In this document: one piece after another, positions 11,855 to 25,402 of the stretch
How the letters are laid out: each line of letters starts with the position of its first letter
How positions within the stretch are numbered: position 1 is the stretch's first letter
NCBI RefSeq assembly: GCF_964204645.1
Contig: NC_134025.1
Location: 4,216,001 to 4,280,000 of the forward strand
Length of the DNA: 64,000 nt
Reading direction: 5' to 3'
Source: Tubulanus polymorphus
Lineage: Eukaryota > Animalia > Nemertea
Notes under the pieces: generated by a model
Told to the model about the DNA's origin: nothing
What the model saw: only the letters and a program-made list of their open reading frames with translations
The model's database searches: none
Position numbers and translations under genes: made by a program

Positions 11855-14800
11855 TTACTGAGTTTTCTTCTTCAGAGGTATCTTTGACTGAACTCTGAAA
11901 TGACAAGAATAATTCAATACATTATATACATACTGGTAGTCGATAAACAAAAGCACAAATCATGATCATAAAATAAATCGTTGTGATCTACTTACTGAGC
12001 CCAGACATTCTTTATCTGTTTCATAGCCAGGTCCAAGTAGTTGTCAATCTGTGTCTATAAAAGAAAGAAAAAAACAATTATTGTAAATTATCGCCATTTG
12101 ATATAAAACTGGAATATCAATACCAAGTATTATAGGTTAGACACTGCAGTTCTCTACTAGGAACTGACACAGGATTTTTGTTGGGAAGTAATTCTAGATC
12201 AGTTTTTTTTGGCTAACACATGAATAAGCTCAAGGGTACAGATAATGAACGACACTATAAAATACTCGACTTTTAGTACGAGACAAACATGATTTGTTGG
12301 TCTACCGGGTATAGGGAAATAGCAGGTGATTAATATTTGTGTAAACACTCAAAATGTCACCTGAATTTGTCGTTCCGTGAACGGAAGTGAAAAAATACCA
12401 AACAGTTTATGAGGCTGATGACTGTTCAATTTCATCTTAGTCGCCGTGAAAACTTTAGTGGCAGAAATTTTGAACAGGTTTTTCCTGGAGCCGATTGAAA
12501 GTTTGTATTGGTTATTATTGGAGAAAAGCGCTTTAGTTCGATTTCGGTTTTTACGAGCCTTACGCGTGAAGATCCAATAGAGACAACGCTGGCATGCATG
12601 AAGAAACAAGAATTTCTATTGTACTGAAATGCACCTTATTTTTAATGAGTGAAACATTTCTCTCCTCTGAAAGTAAGTGAAATCTTACTCTCACAACAAT
12701 AGTTGGACCCTAACAGTGCTGTTTTCCCCAACTCAACGAGAAATTAAATCTCTCTTGTTTTATACAATGAAGAACAAGTAAACTGAACATTCTGTTTCTT
12801 ACCTTGTGCATTTCGTAGACCTTTGGAAAAGTGAAAAGTGATACGACAGCTGTAAATAAACAACAACAAAATTATTCAATTGGTGGAAGATGTCCCGATG
12901 AATGCGCTGAAAGAGAAATTAATCTCTATTCAACTTCATAGCTTACCCAAAATAATAATTGTGATACCATTAAACCACGATCCAATGTATGTGAATACCC
13001 ACAATAATAATCCAAACTGGAAATAAAAACATATCATGAATAGGTGCTGAAGAATGTGATGACATGTCATAGTTAACTGATAATACTTACTTTCAAGGAA
13101 TCAACGAGGTCTTCTACGAGGAATAATCGCCGTACTTCTTTGCCTGTTTTGTTTGCGTGTTCCATTATCGTGTCGACAACCTGATGTACTTTATCTGAGG
13201 GAAGGCTCAAATCTTTTTCAAGGTATTCTCTAAAATAGATATCGATTCATCAGAAACTAAGAAAGTAAATGCCAACGGTTCGGTATGTATCAGATGGTAT
13301 TGACTTTCTACTCCAGGCAAGACAATAAATTTAGCTATTATTGGCTTTTATCACTGGCAACCATGAAGGGAGTCTTACTTAAATGGATGGCCGTCTCCCG
13401 TTTTCTGAACTGCCTGCAACACTTTCTTGTAGATGCTGAAGCTGAGAGTGACAGTTAGTACGACCAAAGATAAATACGCCATCACGCTGAGCACTGAAAA
13501 TGTTGCCAACGAGATTAACGTGACCATCATGCTGCCAAAAACGATTCCAGATTTTTTGATATCTCGCCAGTAAATGAGATCCAAAACTGAAACGATAGAA
13601 TATACAAAGAGCATATAAACGCAAGCCTACATACTTAATTCATCACGATGAAATTCCTCAAGACAATTTACATAGCTGTAAATATACATTCAGCAGAAAG
13701 TACTCCATACTCCAGTAGTATCACCAGACACAAGTATTGATACAGATAATTTATCTGCGTAGATGAACTACAGTGAACAGAATACTTGTAGTACATCTTA
13801 TATACACCTGATAAATTCTAAGGTTACCCCATAAATATTTGAAGGTATTACCATTGACATAATGCATCGAAAAACCTACCGATATTAACAGGATTTTGAT
13901 GAGAACTATTCATGTATTACATGAGAGTAGCAATTATTGCTGTCTAATGGTAATACATCAAATGTGGTATGTAATTTTACCACACCAGAGTAATATTATG
14001 ACACACGTCAGTATGTCAGCGATAAATAACGCCATCACTGCAGCGAGTAATCACGTCTTAGAATTGGCACTGATCAGCGGCATTAATTGTTAATCTCACT
14101 ATCGCATCAGAACACTGGCGCGCGATATATCATTATACTAAAACAATCAACATTGTTTACACGAACAGAAACCAATATTTCCAATTATACCTTGTATTAA
14201 AATTCTATCAATTCGACCGATCATCCGACTATATAATTATGTACTTCAATTTTCGATTTCAAAATCAAACCGCCTGTTTTGCTCCCGGCAGGTGTGTTGG
14301 GCTTGTAAAGGGACACAGAATCAAATCATATGAAGATCAATCAAAAAAATAAGAGGTACAATTCCCTAGTTCAAGACCAAAACAATCGAGAATATACGGT
14401 CACTTCATATTGGAAAATCCTCGTACAATTCATCTGTCGTTATATCATCTCTATAAAGTATCAAGTAAATGCTTTTTAAATTCAAATCATTACCATAAAC
14501 ACTTCACAGAATTTAAGTGAAAGCAATTATAAATGCATTTGCATTATCTGAAATATTCATTTCAAAATTTGAGATAGCCTAATATGAGATTTCACAGTCA
14601 GGGCTGCATAGGAAGCCACCTGCCACAATACACATGGCACTGACTCATCATAAAACATGAATACAATACATTATTTCTATCGCAGCTTTATATTTATGCT
14701 AAATGTACAAAAAAATTCATGCTTCCTCTTATGATAATGAATTTAACCCGAAATCTAACACACCAGCGCGTATCTGTTTATTCACATTACAGTTTATATC

Positions 14801-17800
14801 CTGGTGACAATAACAGGGGAAAAGGAGACACTGACACGACAACGCAACATATCGATTCCTATCATAATTCATTCGTCAACGATTCTCTATTATAAAATCT
14901 GGGGTGTTGCTGAAGTATGACTAATACGAGAGCACGAGCATGCAACCTATTCAATCATCATAAAACTACTCAAAGTCAATCGACCTCAGCTCTCGCAGAC
15001 TCTAATACACTGACATTGACTCACAGACCCCCGGCCTCCCTTTTAAGACCTATCATTCATTCGTCAAATGCATCATTTTATTGAATTAGTAAGAATCCTA
15101 TTTCTACGCAACTCGGATAAAAATGTTGACTAAGCTAATCGTAGATTTCCACCATATAAATATCCCTATAACCGTTATAATTGGCTAATTTGTATTACAG
15201 CTGATCATCGGAACAGCTCATTGACTAAGGTTACTCGTTCATCTAGCTTTTCATTAGCCTTTTAACTAGGAAATTGAAGGTTTCAACAGCTTGAAAATGT
15301 ACGGATGAAAGGTAGCCGGGTATAAGCACCTGGCTGAGACTGAGCTACCGACGTATCAAATATCAACAATACCTTTCTGTTGGTTCGTGCAACATTCTTG
15401 TTGTTGCGCATCGCTAGTATTATCTCCGACCGAAGGCTGTGATGTGTCCGCTTCCATCATCGAATACTAACAAATATTTTATCTATAAAACTATTCCGAA
15501 ACGATTGCGCCGCGAATTCGACCTGCTACGACGACGAGCACTAGATTTTCTATAATAATCAACATACGCGAGTCATGTGACTCGATCCATTCAGTTCATT
15601 AATATACATGAGCTGATCTACAGCTAGACCGAACTATAAATACATACATACATACATACATACATACACACATACTGCATGGATACGTTTAAATACTAGA
15701 AATAATAGATTATTCATAGAAAACTGAAAATAAGCCAGAGAATAATTTACCGTGTGATCATTATTATATATAAATTTTTTCAAGTACTGATATTAGGAAT
15801 TGGTTATCATATCGAGACAAACACCTGCTCGGCGCATGCAATTCAAACCCTGGATAGAATAGATCAAATACTAATTACGCAAATTTAAAATACAGCGTAT
15901 GATTGATATGGAACGAAATCAGACAAACGACGCGTGTAACGCTTATTTAGATAGCAGGGAACCCATATGTGGCTTCAGCGAGCGTCGTCGCAGTCAGTCA
16001 GTCCGCTGTGGAATATCATTACTGCATCAATCAGGAACCAGTTACCATGGATACGACAACCAAGGACAAAAACGCGAGCACTTAAACATCCAATGAGGTA
16101 TCAACAGAAATCCAGCAGGATATGTGACATTAGTCAATAGCCTTGCATAGTTTAAGCGGTGACATTAATTATCGAGAGTTCGTTTCAATATAACGACTGC
16201 CGGCAGTTTTTCTTAAAACATTTTTCGTTATATAAAAGATTTCGAGCACCACCTGGTTCGATTGCTTAGAATTTTTTTCTTAAAAGAATATTTCCGCCTT
16301 CTATCCTAATTTTTCATTATACAGTAAACAAGTTTAGTGAAAGGACTGAATCAACAACAAAAACTACACGAGTTCAAAATATAGCCTAAAATGAAGAGAC
16401 GAAGAATAGCTCAGTGAGTTTTGAAGTACGAGAATTGATTCGCATTTAATGTTTTTTCAGATCGATAGAATCTAGGAGGCAAAATGTCAAGTTTGCCTAA
16501 AGATGTCAGCACTGTACAGTTGTGTATCGATCAAATGGAGGTGTTTTTCATGGATAAATTATCCCTTCAAGCAACACTATACAATTTCAACGTGAATCTA
16601 AACTAATGAAAAATGCCATATGTCGATATCAGTAAAACTAGTTAAATAATAATTCGCTTCACACTGTGACTGAACAACTGAATCCAGTGAAGCAACAGTT
16701 GAGTTACTGAAGATCGTATAGACAGCTCGCAGGCTGTTCAGCGTTGACCATATGCTACCAATAAAATGTACACAGATCACCACACTGCTATTACAATATA
16801 CATGTGTACATATAGCACCCACAAGAGACGAGACAACTATCATCATAGATACATTAGCTGATGGGAGATATAAAATACATTAGTTGATCATCTCTACAGA
16901 AAAATTCAAACTAGACCAAAATAATCTTAGCACACACACACCCAAGGTGAAAGTGTAAAAGCAGTTTTGATCACTTCAGTTTATTTTTTGCTTTACGTCA
17001 TTCAAGTCTTGGCTTTCCGACCTTAAATGGATCGCTCATTTAACTTCAAGATGGGACAGCCTTTAGGAGTTTTGCCCGCACACCAGCAAGACTTGAACCT
17101 GCTCGTGATTTAGCCAACACTCTGATGTCGAATGCGACAGCATCACGCCATATCCCACGAGAGCTAGAAGGCTGCTATTGAACGTCTATTACCACAGGCG
17201 TATAAACCAGTTCATGCATCCATGGTACTACTGACTAAACCCTAGCACTTCACATTCAGTTGGTACTTATGAATAATTCATATGACTCCTGAAACCTTCA
17301 TCCAATATAGACAAATAAATAATGGATTCCATCTCACCGAAAGGTTGTCATTAACCTGGACGAAACAATTTTAGAAGCTACACATGAACAATTCTCAGTT
17401 GACAATGTTCACTAACTGGATCAGACTTTCAATAGAACTCGTTCGAACTTCATATGAACCATTTCATTATTTACATGCATTCATGAGAAAACTGAATAAT
17501 TATGAAAACTTACCGCGAGGATCCATATTCTTGAAAAACTGACCTGTAAAACAAAATAATTCATGTATCAAAATCTGCTCATTTTAGGGTATAATTTTAT
17601 GTCATAATTCTTGTAACAATATGAATCTTAAGATATATATAAACCCTATTTCTACGATACCCTTCAAGGTCTAACTGCAGTTTGGGTCACCTATCCACTG
17701 GGTGGCGTTAGTGTTATTAAAGAATAGTGTTATGGTAAGGTTAGGTACATAACCATTAGGGACACCTAAACTGCAGTCATACCTAGTTCCATATTATCAA

Positions 17801-18626
17801 CTATATAAACTTGTGGTTTAACTCAACAATGCATTGATTCTGATATACGACTTTTTCTTAACAATGGAGACTTTCTATATCATCCCACTGAGTTGTGAAT
17901 TATTTGTTTAAGAGCTATTTCTCTTCAAGTGTTTGTGATAAGACACTAGGCGGTAGAAGAATGGACTTCAGACCGATGACAGGACAAACTCATAGACATG
18001 ACCTTTAAATGTCAGTTTAGTTAATAAGAATATTCCTATTGAAATTGCCTCAGTGATTTTAGATAGAAGTAGATTATAACTACATAAAGCTCAGCTGGGA
18101 AAATTCTAATAGTCCAAAAACAAACCCAGGGTGAAAGCAAGTGAACGATTAATCGTGACGAATACGAAACACTCACTTAAAATAGACAAGTTTGGGCACC
18201 CCCTCAGTTTGACCTAAGAATTTACCAATTATACTTACAACAGCTTGCAGCTGGACATATTCCAGCACAACTAGAAGACTTGTCTGACTCTTCTGTTTTT
18301 ACTGGAGCAGGTGGTGATGGTGCGCTCGGTTCTGGACTGCTATACGCCGACGACTCCGGCTCAAAAAATGGATCGATTTTCGGTTGTGCCGGAGTTTTCT
18401 TGGGTGATTCAGAAAATGATCCCAGTAAGTCGCCGGTAGCTACATCTGCTTCTGATGTAGCTGTATGTGAACCCGTGTATAAATCTTCTGGTTCGGCTTC
18501 CTCTAGTTCTTTAGTTGTTGAACTGACCGGTTCTGAAATTAACGAATCTACCTTCTCGAAGTCGTCGGCAACATCTCCGTGACCTTCCGATTGACTAGAG
18601 GACTTCAAATCATCAAATTCATCCAT
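11855..18626 (-). CDS. Reticulon (RTN1-like), long isoform
   Basis: Acidic/Pro-rich exon 18239-18626, 30-nt exon 17514-17543 (QFFKNMDPR), then reticulon-homology exons from 13586: VLDLIYWRDIKKSGIVFG...QAVQKTGDGHPFK, RLFLVEDLVDSLK, WVFTYIGSWFNGIT, FTFPKVYEMHK. TAA at 11855-11857. Confidence 0.93.
14191..14224 (-). CDS. Putative alternative first coding exon of reticulon (MIGRIDRILIQ)
   Basis: ATG at 14224, 34 nt, ends CAAG|gtataa in phase 1, matching the acceptor phase at 13586. Confidence 0.5.
15373..15460 (-). CDS. Putative alternative first coding exon of reticulon (MMEADTSQPSVGDNTSDAQQQECCTNQQK)
   Basis: ATG at 15460, 88 nt open, ends AAAG|gtattg in phase 1. CpG-richer promoter-like sequence just upstream. 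Confidence 0.65.
15641..15675. repeat. (TACA)n microsatellite
   Basis: tacatacatacatacatacatacatacacacatac. Confidence 0.9.
16978..17165 (-). mobile_element. Degenerate tRNA-derived SINE in a reticulon intron
   Basis: Minus strand starts TAGCTCTCGTGG (A-box-like), contains GGTTCAAGTC (B-box-like) and ends gacgtaaagcaaaaaataaa (A-rich tail). Confidence 0.5.
17667..17784. mobile_element. Small MITE-like foldback
   Basis: aggtctaactgcagtttgggt at the left end versus aggtatgactgcagtttaggt (reverse complement of the right end). Confidence 0.6.
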
Positions 18627-18737
18627 ACTGATTGTTCTTTGCTTTGTTTATAGTATAAGGATATATATTAACGTATTTACTCTTGCAATTACGCAAAATT
18701 TGACGGAATTAATTGCACCACCCGCTTCTTCTGATAC

Positions 18738-18803
18738 AAAATGGCTGCAAAAGTGACGTCACTTGGTCAATGTTAGTATTAGTGACAGCCACTCGGTGGC
18801 AGT
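18738..18803. promoter_or_regulatory. Distal reticulon promoter motif cluster
   Basis: YY1-like AAAATGGCTGC (18738), perfect 14-bp palindrome AAGTGACGTCACTT with a CRE core (18751-18764), and CTCF-like CCACTCGGTGGCAG (~18789), 110-180 bp upstream of the ATG. Confidence 0.45.
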
Positions 18804-20086
18804 ACCTTATGGACAAAAATCCAACTTCAAAACTGGCTTAATTGATCAAAATTGGTCTAGATCCCTTCAATAAATGAATATATTATATGTATTGTACATA
18901 TACGTGTATATAAGTTTGTTACGTTTTGAAATGCCTTTATTTTCTTTTTGTAATTAATTTTAAATACTCCATATGTCAATTGTCACTGGTAAATTCTAAA
19001 CCTCAGTAGTAGCGAAGTTGTTCTATGTTCTTCGATTCATTTACTTATGTTTGTTGTATGTGCAATTGGATTTTTAGGCCTCCTCATTTAGGTGAATAAA
19101 AAGCTCCATCTACGCTTTTCGCTGGTCATGACATGGTAATGTTTCCAAATCTCCATTTTATTCCATCCTTTATTCCATCCTTCTTTATGAAAGGGGAAAC
19201 AAATTTTTGCCCACTAATCGATCATTCTCTCTATCTATAGCCGATGAGCAAATACGAAACCATCTGAAAATCAAATACAATTTTTTCTAAAAATCAAATT
19301 TATTCTAAAGTCAATTTACACAGTAATTCATGTGTTTATGATGTTTTAACAAAAAAGAATACATGGATGGAAATGCGATGAGAAATCAGGACCAATGATC
19401 AACTTGAAACTCTGAAGAAAAAAAGAGCATGATGCTCTACTGGCTTTGTATATGAACTAAACTCTGAAGTTCTACAAAATCGATAACTAAAACTACCTTC
19501 ACATAGGAACATAATTTATCCTAGCATTAACACAGCCATATTTCACATTATTACAAATTAAAACAGAACTACCCAATACCAATATTTGGGTATTCAAAAA
19601 AGCTGGTGATCATTTTAAAACACTTATCAGTTTCATAAAAGTTTTATCATCCTAGATAGATATCAAAGTGTGGCAAAAAGCCTAAACCATTAAAATGCAT
19701 GGCAGCAGTAGAGACATTACAATTTAATGATGGTAAATGTATAAGCAACACATAAATAAATACAGCTTAGAGCTACATACAGCATTCTGTACAACTGGAA
19801 GATTTATACATAAAAATTATAATAGGCATTTTGTGCTTTTTTGCATGATTGATGATAACCATGAATAACGGAAGGACTTTTCAGTTGAATATGGAAGACT
19901 AACATCTAACATTATCTCAATTATGCAATATAAGCATAACCATAATCAATCTTTATTTACTTATGAATCCAAATGGAATATTAAGAGATCAGAGAACAAT
20001 CAGACATTACAAGGACGGTTTGACAGATAATTTTTTTTCAAGTTATGGACGTTGTACAAGTTAGTAGCACATAAATGTGATCCTCA

Positions 20087-23000
20087 CTATAAACTAGTGA
20101 CATAATGATAAGAAACACGATTTCTCGGATCGACCTGTGCTAGTGTTGTGCGCAGTACATCTACCAGGCGAGATAATTTCTTATTCTCGATTTCTAACTT
20201 CAAGTTCTTCTTTTCATAACTATCGGAAAGTTCGACAGCCAGTTTAGAGGCGGCTATCTGTCGCCTGAGATCATAATTTTCACGGCGAAGTCGATCATTG
20301 TCGCCGCCAAATGCAGCCGTACGATCCACGTCTTCTTTCAGTTTATCACAACTTTTCTGCAAAACTTTATTACTATATTTCATGCGATTGAGACGAGTTG
20401 TTAAATCTTGTACGCTCATAAACATTTCAATGTTCTCTTGCTGTACGTAACGCATACAATCATCAATGTCTATATCTTGACGTTGTCGCAACACGGTGCA
20501 AGATTTCTGTAAATCTTTTATTTCCATCTCTAATGTTTCGACTTTGTGCTCGTGCATGTCTTTCAACATAGATATTTCTTCCTCTTTTCGTTCTTGTGAT
20601 TGCAACAGTTCACAGTTTTTGTCTTCGAACTGACGGATCCGTTCCTTTTCGTGTTCGACGCAGTTTTTCAATTTTTCTAATTCGCGAACGTAATAGAGCT
20701 TCTCGCGTTTTAGTTCAGTGATTCTCCACTTACTCTCCATGTAAGCCGATTCTGCCTCCTCTGCGTCCTCCAGACGACGGCGTAAAGCATCATTTTCGGC
20801 TTTCAATTCAAGAAGTTCTGCCGACATTTTCTGATTGTGAATTTCATCAGATAATGAACATCCACCTCCTGAAAGAGAAGAGTATTAAGAAAGTAATCTA
20901 AAAGATGGCATGTTTTCAGAGACAAACTCGTTGAATTAAAAGTTCAAAGAATTAGTTAATCTAAACTGGCCTTGATGATATTTGAATAAAACCAAGAGAA
21001 GAAACACATCCTTAATGTGCATTATATTAGAAAGCTACAATATACACGGAAGGAACAACCAATATAAGAGTTTCTGCATCATATTACATTCAGCAATTAC
21101 ATATATGTATGGTTCATTTGTTTAAAACGACGATGATCACGTATCTCAATTTCTGATGGTTATAGAACATGCATGGTATAACACATTGTAGCATATATAT
21201 GAAAAGAAATAGAGGATTAAGACATTCTGAATAGCTAGATAAGTATGAAATGAATGGGTAGCTTGTATATAAATAACTCAAACAAAGCTTTTATGAGCGA
21301 ATACTTTTTCGTTTTGTGGTACAGCTTGATCCAGTTTGCCTGTCTACAAAACGATAATGAACCGGAGTTATATTTTAAATGATGCGAAAGTTTTTAATGA
21401 GATATTAAGAAGCAGCATCAGTTAATACCTTGAAAGCCAATATCTATACATATTGCATCACTACCTGGATATCCAGGACTTGTTTGACGATGGTTTTGTT
21501 TATCAGCATTTTGATTGAGAAGATGCAGTTTCTCTGTTTCTAGGTGCGCTATGGTTTCCATCAAATCTTGTATTTTCCGTTTGTCATTTTCTTGTTGCTA
21601 AAACAGACAAATTAACTTTTTGATTGTGCAATTTTTTGAGTTGAATGATGATTCATTCTTATAGATATACTAGTACATACCATTGTGATGTCTTCAAGAA
21701 GTAATTGACTTTGCACAAGTTCATCAATGACACTCTCTTCACGTTTGCGGCTTTTTTCTAATTGTTCTTCAACACGAGTTCGAGAATCAACAAGCGCTGT
21801 ATTATCCTCTCTTAATTCCTACGGTAATCAGTTAAAAATCTGGTTGAGAATCTACTGAGCTTATCGTTTATTGTGATAGTGTAAAAATCATCAAAATTTA
21901 CCTCTGTTCTAGATTTATAAAACTCAAGTTCTGCTACTTTCGCTTTAAGATGAAAATTCTCTGTTTCATACTCCTCAGCCAGATAAGCCTAAAATGTTTT
22001 TTAAGATATTGCCATAAAATCTATTCAGAGCCAACATGGATTCAATGAGGAATACAACAAACCTGCTCTTGAAGAACATCCAGTTCATCTCTATTAATTC
22101 CTATTTGCCTTAATTCCTCGATCAACTTTTGTTTCTAAAACCCGAGAGCAGAAGAAACCAGTCAGGCACACGGCAGAATTGTTGAAATGTAAAAAATACC
22201 AGTAATAGAGCAGTAGTTTTTACACATTACCTCAGAAACTAATTTAGAATTGTTTAAATCACATTCATCAACTGTAGCTTTCATCTCCACAAATGAACTG
22301 TTCTTTTCATCACTAAAAACATGAAAACATAATCATTAGTCCATAATTCAATGAATCTAAATATCTTAAAGTACCAGGAAATATCAACTGACATTTCTTC
22401 TTGTAGAAGTTTAATTTGGTTTTTATAATGTAGAAGTTCTCCCTGGACATGTTGCTTATCCATGTGAGCTGGTAGTATAATCTGTTTAACTGTTTTATCA
22501 ACTAGACTTCTGTAGTATTCACGCTCCTGCACCAGTTCCTGATTTTTCTACACAGATAAAAATGTACATTGAACAACACCTTACAATGAAAATAACTAAA
22601 TTCATTGAAGGAGGAGGATCAAATTCATCTATAGGCCTATACCTCATTAAGTTCATCTCTTTGTTTTACCATCGCTTTTAGATGGTTGAACAAATCCCTA
22701 GTGTCATCACCCATTTCTTCATAATCGACATCATACATAAATGTTCCAAAATCCCTAATCTAAAAAAGGCATCGAAATCTCTAGAGCCATATGAAAACTG
22801 ATAGTCATGCTGTACTTTCGACTGGCCACTTTAGACTTTCTTTTGACTGACTGCTGTACTGTACGTCATGGGTTTAAGTTCTTTGTAAAGCATTCTTAGA
22901 AGTAGAGATGGGGAATATTATTATTATTACTATTATCACTATTATTATTATCATTATCATTATCAATACCTCTTTAATATATTCAACCAGTTGCTGTTGT

Positions 23001-25402
23001 GTTTCTTTGTCCAGCTTTCTTATCTCATCAATAAACACTTCTTTATGGTCACACTGTACAGCACAACCGAGAATCAATTTCAACAACCGAATAATTTCAT
23101 CAAGAGCACCATCTGAAACATGGAAATAATTCAATTAAAACATATATATTTATATATTACGTTATTTTGCTCTTTTTTGCTAAGTCTAAAGAGAGAAATA
23201 TAATATTTGTGAGATAGCCTTTCTTCCATCAAAATAAATGACTCCAACACAAAAGAGAATTTTATTGTATTCATAGCCTCTGAAAGATATAGAGCAAGTC
23301 CATCGACCAAATTCGAACATGATAAAAAATCAAGTTACCAATATTGTGAAATAGACTTTCTTCTGTAATAAAATGATATTGGCACTTAATCAGGACAGAT
23401 GTGTTTAAAAAAAGTAATGACACATAATCAAGTAACCAATATTGTGAAATAGACTTTCTTCTGTAATAAAATGATATTGGCACTTAATCAGGACAGATGT
23501 GTTTAAAAAAAGTAATGACACATGATCAAAGGTTTAAAATCCTGAACAAAAATAACTGATAGTTTCAAAAAGAATAATATGGGAATTCCAGTCACGGGAA
23601 TTCCAATATCATCAATATTGAAATTCTTAAAAAAAAGAATTTTTGACCAGGATAAATCTGGATAAACACAGAGCTTCCATTTTTATGAAAACTAATATTG
23701 ACTTTAATCGAATATGTGAACACTTCATATCAAAATTGTTGGAAAGCGTATGTGAAATAACAACCCACTAATAGTTTATACAAGAAATAAAGTCAGGCAA
23801 GAGTCTGAACGAAATAAAAAGGAAGGTCCTTAAGATCTGGAAATATTCAATTACCTAAATGCAATCCACAAAACAGTGACTAGACAGGTTCTACAATATA
23901 ACATTCAGAGCCTGTTTCAAGCTTGATCTGAATATATCAGAATTAATAATACACACAATTATTGTTGTGATTTTTGAAACCTTTCAGACAGTAAATTGGT
24001 ACCAATAAATAATAGGCGTTCGTACTACTTGTTCTATATAAGTGATTTATGAGATACAATGACAGTATTGAGGAAAGCAATACAATTTCAACGTGAATTG
24101 AATTTGTCTGACATATTGAACTTTTCCCAGCGAAGTGTTTAACAAACACCGTGTTACATTGTGGTGTATAGTTAATCTATCTAAAATTCAGTTTCTCTCA
24201 ACTCTGCTCAAGGTTTCACCTGAAGATTTATACTGCATGAAATGACCTATGGTTTGGGTACACAATTCAGGCCTTGTATCCTGTAATCAGAATTCAAATA
24301 AACATGCCAGAGAAATGTATAAGCCTCAAATAAAATTTTAAGTGTACATAAGTAAACAATTATACCAGGTGGGTCAAGGGGTACTACTCGATGATCATTT
24401 GAGAGGAAAATAAAAGCCGAGCTTCATTATATAATGTTGTGAATGGGTTGATTATCATTGTGATTCTAGTGTAAATATTTAGCAAAATGTCTTGAGACAA
24501 TCATATGTTAGTCAATAATTCCACAATATCATGAAATCAGACAATGAATTCAATACTCACTTTTATCAGGCTCCTGTGCTATCATTATAACATCTGGTAA
24601 TTTCATTATAATAAGCTGCTGTAAAGATTCCTAAACAGAGTAAGAGAGACAGAGTAATAAATGTACTACGATTCATGGTCAGTTTAGAAGTCTTCAAGTT
24701 TTTTTCTTTACATAACAGAAATGGGTAAAATACTTTTTTTTAAAATACAGTCATGGAGTTAAAAGTAAAAACATACTTGATAAAAGCTATAAATACTATT
24801 CATTAAGCATTGCCAATTTTGGATGCGTCCATTGACATCTAGAGTATTACGATTAATGGTTTCTTTTGTTGGCCTTGGGTCACTGAAAAAGAGATGATTC
24901 ATCACTCAGCGTGTAGCATTGTAGCGCTCCTATCATTGTATCAAGACAAAGAGCATTAATCTCCATGTAGGAAGTTTAAAGCAAAGTTAAGCATTGGACT
25001 TTTAGGATATAAGAGGTTTTTGGAATGAAATATAAAACAAGGCTTCAAAGTCTATGGATATGTGGGCTATTTAAAACAGATCTAACCACATTTACTTAGT
25101 GATTTGCATTATGCAATTAAAAGTAGAAGTTGGTTCAAAGTGAATCTAAATGAGATTGTAAATGCTTACATTTGTAACATGACATCATTTAGAAATACCC
25201 CGTCTAAAATGTCAGGAAATGCTAAAGTTTCATCTGGAGGACAAAATGTTTGCACCTGTAAGGATTATGAAATGGAGTTAATTAGGTCAATAGGTGATAC
25301 TGCACACCTCCTCAAGGCATTGATCTAACAAAAAGCGAAAGTGGGAAATATTCTTACCCAAACAATGAGGGGGCTTTCCATGAACTCTTCAATAGATGAC
25401 AT
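20087..25402 (-). CDS. CCDC88 (Girdin/Daple)-like HOOK-domain coiled-coil protein, short form (~680 aa by my exon tally)
   Basis: Spliced N-terminus MSSIEEFMESPLIVW-VQTF...LDGVFLNDVMLQIDPRP...RIQNW...FYQESLQQLIIMKLPDV...LILGCAVQCDHKEVFI matches the CCDC88 Hook domain. Coiled-coil exons follow. The last exon 20087-20868 ends YHYVTSL*. Confidence 0.85.
22915..22965. repeat. (ATT/ATC)n intronic microsatellite
   Basis: attattattattactattatcactattattattatcattatcattatc. Confidence 0.85.
23328..23529. repeat. Near-perfect 98-bp tandem duplication in a CCDC88-like intron
   Basis: Unit aatcaagt(t/a)accaatattgtgaaatagactttcttctg...gtaatgacacat starts at 23328 and again at 23426. Confidence 0.9.

Noticed and set aside
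12230-12770. Possible transposon fragments in a long reticulon intron
   Set aside because: Composition looks foreign, but I could not pair termini or find a TSD.
18280-18582. Antisense ORFs in the track (also 37241, 57747, 29577, 36044, 55522)
   Set aside because: They are shadows of real exons on the opposite strand and have no independent motif or splice support.
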